Virus record (IMG/VR): IMGVR_UViG_3300048502_000073
DNA: 20,000 nt
Strand: one strand, 5' to 3'
Source: an uncultured virus (IMG/VR IMGVR_UViG_3300048502_000073)
Taxonomy: Duplodnaviria; Heunggongvirae; Uroviricota; Caudoviricetes
The position numbers and the translations under genes are program-made. Below, piece after piece: positions 14,256-20,000 of this stretch (within the stretch, counting starts at the first letter, position 1; every line of letters starts with the position of its first letter). A model generated the notes under the pieces. That model did not search any database, was not told where the DNA came from, and worked only from the letters and a program-made list of their open reading frames with translations.

Positions 14256-16031
14256 ATGAGCTTATCGCGGCGAAACGCACTTTTGGGCGCCGTCTCCGGT
14301 TTGGCGGCATCGCAGGCACTCGCCCAACCAGCGCCCCCCTACATAGCCCCAGGTTCCAACTCCTACGTCACCACGACGGGCGCCCTGACGGCGCGGACTC
14401 TGGCGAACCGGTTCGGCACACCGTTCAACATTATGGATTTCGGAGCGCCGAACAACGGGGGCAGCAACCCCGCGTCGGGCCGCTATGCGTCGCTCGGGGC
14501 ACTCCAGGCTGCAATCGCGACCGTGACAGGCGGTGGCGGCACGACGCTGCAGGGCGTGACCGTTGCCACGACCATGGAGCTGGATTGGATCGCTTACGGC
14601 TTGGCGCTCTATAAGGCATCGGTCTACGGCGGCGTGATCTACATGCCATCGGGCGCCGGCTACCAGTTCACCAACTCGAACTCGGTCAGCGACGGCAGCG
14701 GCACGCTAACCCTCCCGGCGACCACCACCATCAGCTACAGCGACGGCGTGTCGATCCTGGGCGACTGGCCTGGCAGCGTCCTGAACTGGCCGAATGATCT
14801 CGGAAGCGGCGTGGCCGCGATCACGTGCGGCGGGCGCGGCAGCGCGGGCGGGACGGGCGGATCGTCGGGCGGGTTCATCGTCGGCATCACGATGGTGGGT
14901 CCCGGTGTGGGCGGCACGTATGGGTCTTCATCCTCCAACATGCAGGGACTTGCGACGAATGATCGCCGTGTGCTGGAAAAGTGCAATATCAACGGGTTCA
15001 AGCAAGCCATTAACGTCGTCGGCGGCCAAACATCCTGGCGGGACCTGTTCTTGCAGGGTTACTACGGGATGTATTGGGACTATTACAACACGAGCAACTT
15101 CGGCGACATGCACATCGAGCGCGTGGTCGTGGGGACGTGTCTGCTCGCGGCGCTGGCGGTCAACTACCAGTGGGCACTTTCGAACATCGTGTTCACGAAG
15201 TGCTTTTTGGGGACCGCGCCATTCTCCTGCTACAAAGAGACGAACGGCGGGTCCGGCGCTCACTACACATCGGTGATCTTCAGCGGCGTCGAGCAGGACG
15301 AATGCCAGTATGAGAACATCGGCCAGGGGATGATCGCCGACGACCAGGCGTCCACCACGCCGCTCGTCCAGGTCTACAACTGCATTTTCCGCCATCCCCA
15401 GTTCTCGTGGAACTCAGGCATCAAGGTTGCTGGTGCGAGCGCGTATGCCGTCATGTCCCTCGGATCGGCGAACGGCCTTCTGTTGGACGGCATCGACAAC
15501 CCCGAAGGATGGTTCCCTGGGACGATCTCGATGTTCCGCATCGGCGGCAACCTGGGCTTCGATCTCCGCGGCGACGTGGGGCTCATGCTGACGAACTGCA
15601 CGAATGCGGTGTCCCCCCAGGTCAACGTGTTCGCCTCCGGGGACTGGGACTATTACAGCTCCCGACTCGAGCAGTATGGGGGCGACAGCACAGGGCACTG
15701 GATTGGCAAGGTGGTCGACGCGGGGAGCCTGCCCAGCGTCGGCAACGTCATGGTCTACAGCGGCGGCCAGAACGTCGCGGTCAGCACGGGCAGCGGAACG
15801 GAGCAAGTCGCCGGCGTGGCCATGTATGTGCCGGGAAGCGGAAACTTCATCGTGATCGCTTATGAGGGACCGGTCCTGGTGACCACGACCGGCACGCCGA
15901 CCGCCGACCTCGGATTCCACACCGCAGCGTCGGGGAATGCCTCCACCGCAAACACGAGCAATTCCTACGTGGGCGTTGCCATAAGCTCTGGCTCGGGCGG
16001 CTGGAATGCTCTCCTGAGTTTGCCGCACTGA
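14256..16031 (+). CDS. tailspike-like beta-helix protein with N-terminal twin-arginine (Tat) signal peptide
   Basis: MSLSRRNALLGAVSGLAASQALA|Q; ARTLANRFGTPFNIMDFGA (pectate-lyase-3-like entry motif), GGVIYMPSG..Y, beta-helix repeats; Gly-rich C-terminal beta domain. Confidence 0.75.
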   Translation: MSLSRRNALLGAVSGLAASQALAQPAPPYIAPGSNSYVTTTGALTARTLANRFGTPFNIMDFGAPNNGGSNPASGRYASLGALQAAIATVTGGGGTTLQGVTVATTMELDWIAYGLALYKASVYGGVIYMPSGAGYQFTNSNSVSDGSGTLTLPATTTISYSDGVSILGDWPGSVLNWPNDLGSGVAAITCGGRGSAGGTGGSSGGFIVGITMVGPGVGGTYGSSSSNMQGLATNDRRVLEKCNINGFKQAINVVGGQTSWRDLFLQGYYGMYWDYYNTSNFGDMHIERVVVGTCLLAALAVNYQWALSNIVFTKCFLGTAPFSCYKETNGGSGAHYTSVIFSGVEQDECQYENIGQGMIADDQASTTPLVQVYNCIFRHPQFSWNSGIKVAGASAYAVMSLGSANGLLLDGIDNPEGWFPGTISMFRIGGNLGFDLRGDVGLMLTNCTNAVSPQVNVFASGDWDYYSSRLEQYGGDSTGHWIGKVVDAGSLPSVGNVMVYSGGQNVAVSTGSGTEQVAGVAMYVPGSGNFIVIAYEGPVLVTTTGTPTADLGFHTAASGNASTANTSNSYVGVAISSGSGGWNALLSLPH

Positions 16032-16456
16032 TGCGCGCGTTCCTGACCCTTCTGCTGCTCCTGCCGTTCGCGGCGAGCGCGCAGAACTACGCCCTCGTGC
16101 CGCAATCGAGCCTCATGCTCGAGGGCAGTCACGTCTTCTGCCAGGGCACGTGCAAGCTCTACTCAGCGTCCATCACGACCGGCGGGGTGGGCGGGTTCTT
16201 CATGATCTTCGATGCCCCCTCGGACCCGCCGAACGGCGCCCTTGTGCAGCCCGTGCCCGGTGCCCGCCAGGCCGCGCCGAAATACTGCTTCCCGTTCCCG
16301 GCCAACTTCGGCCAGGGATATAGCTGGTCCGGACTCGGGGCGCCGAACAACGGGGCGCTGTTCCAAACGGGCCTTGTGCTGGTGTTCTCGGTCGGTGCGG
16401 ACTGCATGCACAAGACAGAAAGCGCCACGGCAAACTTCACCGTCCAAACCCAGTGA
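16031..16456 (+). CDS. small secreted beta-sandwich-like protein (Sec signal), possible spike/fibre adaptor
   Basis: MRAFLTLLLLLPFAASA|Q; four Cys; FMIFDA...P..G...P...FPA...G..F.TGLV pattern seen in small phage structural-region proteins; TGATG and GTGA coupling on both sides. Confidence 0.7.
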   Translation: MRAFLTLLLLLPFAASAQNYALVPQSSLMLEGSHVFCQGTCKLYSASITTGGVGGFFMIFDAPSDPPNGALVQPVPGARQAAPKYCFPFPANFGQGYSWSGLGAPNNGALFQTGLVLVFSVGADCMHKTESATANFTVQTQ

Positions 16457-19400
16457 AGAGGCTTCTCTTCGCGCTGGCGTTCCTGCTGCTGGGCGCGACC
16501 GCGCACGCGCAACTGGTCATACCGCTTACGCCAGTCGTGCCGTCGTCAGGCGGAGGCTGCTCGCATAACTGCACGTTCACGGGCATCACGACGACCGCGG
16601 GGATTGACGATACCGTCGGCATCAACACACCGTCGATCGGCGCGCTATCGCCGGGAACCGGCGTGTTTACGACGCTCCAGTCGAACGGCGAACTGAAGCT
16701 GGGCGACGGGGCTTTCCTAAATTCGGGCACCGTGCCCGGGTTGCTCTACTTCGCAGGACTCACGGGGCCGGCGCTCACGGGCGCCCAGGCAGACGCCAAT
16801 CTGATCTTCTGCACATCAGACGCTTTGACCAGCAGTGGCGGCGCGTCCTGCTTCAACATTCTGCACAACTACGGCGGCGGAACGCTGACGGGGGGCAGGA
16901 ATACCTTCCAGATCAAGAGCACGCTCACCGCCCAGAGCGGCCAGACCAACGGCAACTATACCGGTCTCCAGGTCTACACGTCGGCGGACGCAAACGACAA
17001 CGGCACGTCCGGGACCCCGAGCGGCGCGTTCTGGGGCGAGAACATCATCGTCAAGGGATACACGCCGGCATCGGGTAGCAGCTACTACAACGCTGTCACG
17101 GGCAACGAGTATGATATCGGGTGCCAGACAAACGTCACGTGTCAGCAGAAGTTTGGCGTCTATGTCCTGGACACGTTCGATGACGCCAATGCCGCGACCA
17201 TCGGGGCCGTCGCGTTCGATGTCGCGGCGCAGACACCGTCCAACGCACCGGGCTGGGATTGCGCGTTCTGCCTCGGTTACTCGGCGGGGGACTGGCCGTT
17301 CCTGAGCGGAGCCGGCATCGCCTACGGCGCGTTCCAGAACAAGGCAGGCGTCAGCCCGAACGGACTCGTCCCGAACCGCGGCCTAACCACGACGTTCGAC
17401 GCGACGACCATGCGGCCGACCAAGTGGCAGTTCGCTGGGTCTGGATTCGATGTCAGCCCAACCGGGACGGTCTACGTGGGAACGGGCGCCATCGCCCCGA
17501 CATCCACCGGCATGTCGATCGACGTGACCACCCAGAGCCAGGTCAGCGCCGTGGCGGTCGCGACTGGCGGGGCCAACTACACGACCAGCGACTACGTCTA
17601 CGGCCCCAACGGCGGCGTCTACCACGTCACCGGGCTCGGTGCCGGGAACGCGGTCACGTCCCTGTCGATCATCTCGCCGGACGTTTACCCGGTGGGATCG
17701 ACGCCATCCAACCCGGTGACCCTGCGCTATGGCATGGGCAACCAGAACCTGACGGTCAACTTCACCTGGACCGCCGGGACAATACTCGCGATTGCAAACC
17801 CAACGATTACCGCCGGCACTATGACGGGAACGGATGCCTCAGCGGCGAATGTGACAGCGACAGCAAGCACCACGGCGCGGACGCTGGCGGTTCGTGCGGC
17901 CAATGTCATTAACGTCAAAGACTTTGGTGCGGTGTGCGACGGAACAACGGACGATTCTTCGCATATCGCAGCGGCACTAACACAAGTGGCCGCCGGAAAC
18001 GTGACGACCGTATATTTCCCGCCATCGGCAACAGCCTGCATGTCAAGCGCGGCGCTTACGGTTCCATCAGGGACGACGCTTTGGGCTTATCCGGGAACAG
18101 CAACGCTTCAAATGGCGGCAGGGAGCACGGCTAACCCAGGATTGCTAAGTATCGCCAACGTATCAAATGTCTTGGTATATGGCTTGATCCTGGACGGAAA
18201 TTTGGCCGGCGTGCCTGCGGGCAACAATGTTAACACTGTGTTCCAATCATCGAACGTGGTGTTTGACCACGTGACGGTTCAGAATACGCGCGGGATTGGC
18301 GCAGTTTTCTCAACTCAGATCGTTAATTCCGGCATCCGTGATAGCTCGTTCACGAACGTCGGGAACTATTGGATAACGAGCGGGTCAAATGCGGATCAAC
18401 AGCAGGGCGTGGTGTTCTGCTGCGGGACGCTGGCCAATAACCACGACAATTTTGTCACGGGCTCGCAATTCACTTCTACGGGCCTTGACGCTATTTCGAT
18501 CGCATCGCAGGCTAATTTCGTGGCGAGTGCCAATCGGTTTAAGAGCGTGGGTGGGCGGTATACGAACGGCGGCGCGGCGATCTACGCGGCAAACAACAGT
18601 TCCGCAGTGATCGGCCAAAACTCCGTTAACGGGGCGTATGGGAACGGAATCGACGTCATCGCGACTCCACTCGCGACTATCGTTCATAACGATGTGCAGT
18701 TCGCGGGCGGCGCTGGTATCAGCTACGCGCAAGGTTCTTGGTCGTCAATCGTCGGAAACGTGTCGTGCAACAATAACCAGGGTGCCGGGGCGAGCGCCCT
18801 TCAGGCGGGAATTTCGCTCAACGGAAACACGACGGCGGTTACAGAAACGACGGTGGCCGGCAACACAGTCTGCGATACGCAGGGGTCACCGACGCAAACG
18901 TGGGGCATACAAGAAGTCACGAGTGGAACCTATACGAACGTCTGGATCGATCAAAGCAACACTCCTGACGGGAATGTGTCCGGGCCATTCGGTCAAGCGC
19001 TTTCGGCATATACGCCGCTGAAGGTGGGAACAACGGTCGGCGGCATCGCGCAGACGGGCACTACCCCGAATCAGGGCGTTGCGCTCCTCCCTACCGGGAC
19101 CGGGGCAATAATGGGTGCGGTGCCGAACGCCGCACCATCTGGCGGCAACGCTCGCGGGTCTGGCGCGATTGATTTGCAGTTAAGCCGAACGGCGGCCACA
19201 CAGGTGGCATCCGGGCTTGACGCCGTTTTGATCGGTGGGGCAAACAGCACGGGGATTGGCGCAAATTCCGTAACGCTGTGCGCGCAATGGTGCTTAAACA
19301 CCGGAGCAAACGGGCTGGCGTTTGGCTCGTTCGCTAATACTGAATTTCGCAATTCAGGATTTTCGTTCGCGTCAGGGCAGTTTGCGGGGCAGGGTGACAG

Positions 19401-19815
19401 TCAATTAGCGATACAACCTCTGCGGGCGACAACAACGGGGACTGGCGCGGTCCAGTTGACATCGACTGGCGGCGGCGATCCGAACAACACGAATATTATG
19501 AATGTGGGCATTGCAAACATATCTATAAACCACGCGGTCGGCGGCACGTTCGTTGTTACAGCGCGCAGCGCAGCGCCAGACGTTAAAGTGTGGACATGCA
19601 CTTGGGGCATAAACGGCGGCGCGACAGCGTCTACCGTTACTCTGGTGTCGGGGTCGGCGTGCACATCTTCCGTTGCCACGACGGGCGCCTCAACTTGGGC
19701 GCTGACGATCGCGGCAGACAACACGAACGGCGGCGTTAATCTGGCCGGTGCCGGGGCCGCTGCGACGACGGTTCATTGGACTGCGGTTCCCTACGCGACA
19801 GAAACGGGGAACTGA
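16453..19815 (+). CDS. multi-domain tail fibre/tailspike-like protein with Sec signal peptide (1120 aa)
   Basis: MKRLLFALAFLLLGATAHA|Q; ARTLAVRAANVINVKDFGAVCDGTTDDS...VYFPP beta-helix; C-terminal GNARG..AIDLQ..R..ATQVASG...ADNTNGG...W fibre-type domain. Confidence 0.85.
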   Translation: MKRLLFALAFLLLGATAHAQLVIPLTPVVPSSGGGCSHNCTFTGITTTAGIDDTVGINTPSIGALSPGTGVFTTLQSNGELKLGDGAFLNSGTVPGLLYFAGLTGPALTGAQADANLIFCTSDALTSSGGASCFNILHNYGGGTLTGGRNTFQIKSTLTAQSGQTNGNYTGLQVYTSADANDNGTSGTPSGAFWGENIIVKGYTPASGSSYYNAVTGNEYDIGCQTNVTCQQKFGVYVLDTFDDANAATIGAVAFDVAAQTPSNAPGWDCAFCLGYSAGDWPFLSGAGIAYGAFQNKAGVSPNGLVPNRGLTTTFDATTMRPTKWQFAGSGFDVSPTGTVYVGTGAIAPTSTGMSIDVTTQSQVSAVAVATGGANYTTSDYVYGPNGGVYHVTGLGAGNAVTSLSIISPDVYPVGSTPSNPVTLRYGMGNQNLTVNFTWTAGTILAIANPTITAGTMTGTDASAANVTATASTTARTLAVRAANVINVKDFGAVCDGTTDDSSHIAAALTQVAAGNVTTVYFPPSATACMSSAALTVPSGTTLWAYPGTATLQMAAGSTANPGLLSIANVSNVLVYGLILDGNLAGVPAGNNVNTVFQSSNVVFDHVTVQNTRGIGAVFSTQIVNSGIRDSSFTNVGNYWITSGSNADQQQGVVFCCGTLANNHDNFVTGSQFTSTGLDAISIASQANFVASANRFKSVGGRYTNGGAAIYAANNSSAVIGQNSVNGAYGNGIDVIATPLATIVHNDVQFAGGAGISYAQGSWSSIVGNVSCNNNQGAGASALQAGISLNGNTTAVTETTVAGNTVCDTQGSPTQTWGIQEVTSGTYTNVWIDQSNTPDGNVSGPFGQALSAYTPLKVGTTVGGIAQTGTTPNQGVALLPTGTGAIMGAVPNAAPSGGNARGSGAIDLQLSRTAATQVASGLDAVLIGGANSTGIGANSVTLCAQWCLNTGANGLAFGSFANTEFRNSGFSFASGQFAGQGDSQLAIQPLRATTTGTGAVQLTSTGGGDPNNTNIMNVGIANISINHAVGGTFVVTARSAAPDVKVWTCTWGINGGATASTVTLVSGSACTSSVATTGASTWALTIAADNTNGGVNLAGAGAAATTVHWTAVPYATETGN

Positions 19816-20000
19816 ACCCCGGCCGGGCGGCTGGCGGTCATTCCCGCTCGCAATCCATCAGGACGAAAACGGAATCCGCGACAACGGCCCTCCCGCGCAA
19901 CAGAACCTGACGCGTTGCCCCGTCGCACGTAACGTTGATCATCACTGAGCCGTTCCCCGCCAGCGCGCGAAGCAACCACAGCCTAACCTTGAGCCACAGC

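Noticed and set aside
14360..17900. Diversity-generating retroelement TR/VR pair in the fibre genes
   Set aside because: Shared DNA is only about 18 bp, with no adenine-specific mismatch pattern and no reverse transcriptase in the window.
10915..19815. Gin/Cin-type invertible tail-fibre system
   Set aside because: The recombinase lacks catalytic residues, and I found no inverted crossover sites or reverse-oriented fibre segment.
19791..20000. Minus-strand ORF 19791..19979 or a terminator after the fibre gene
   Set aside because: No recognisable motif, no stem-loop with a U-tract, and the context is cut by the window edge.

Overview
This window looks like part of a tailed dsDNA phage or prophage genome, probably infecting a high-GC Gram-negative host (Alphaproteobacteria-like; inference). 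No integrase, capsid, terminase, tRNA or CRISPR array was found. (1) 1-5430, minus strand: an N4C/N6A DNA methyltransferase (cut by the window edge), an SNF2-like SF2 helicase, a VRR-NUC-like nuclease, a protein with an internal lipoprotein signal, a frameshifted Gly-X hexamer-repeat gene, DUF6948- and DUF6197-like genes and small ORFs. (2) 5440-6530, mostly non-coding: a near-consensus XerCD dif site (5712-5739), several palindromes, a GC-skew switch and an ATGACGACC iteron array next to a VapE-like helicase (6531-7904). (3) 7900-11613, minus strand: small genes including two paralogous promoter/operator + cargo + HTH cassettes and a serine recombinase homologue lacking its catalytic residues, beside a divergent promoter. 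(4) 11718-14180, plus strand: small genes including a C5-methyltransferase-like protein. (5) 14256-19815: a coupled three-gene unit of tailspike/fibre/spike-like proteins that all carry export signals (one Tat, two Sec), with neighbouring Cys pairs in the Sec substrates. The most notable candidates are the exported phage fibre-like operon and the dif site plus dead resolvase arrangement. All calls come from reading the sequence by eye; no searches were run.
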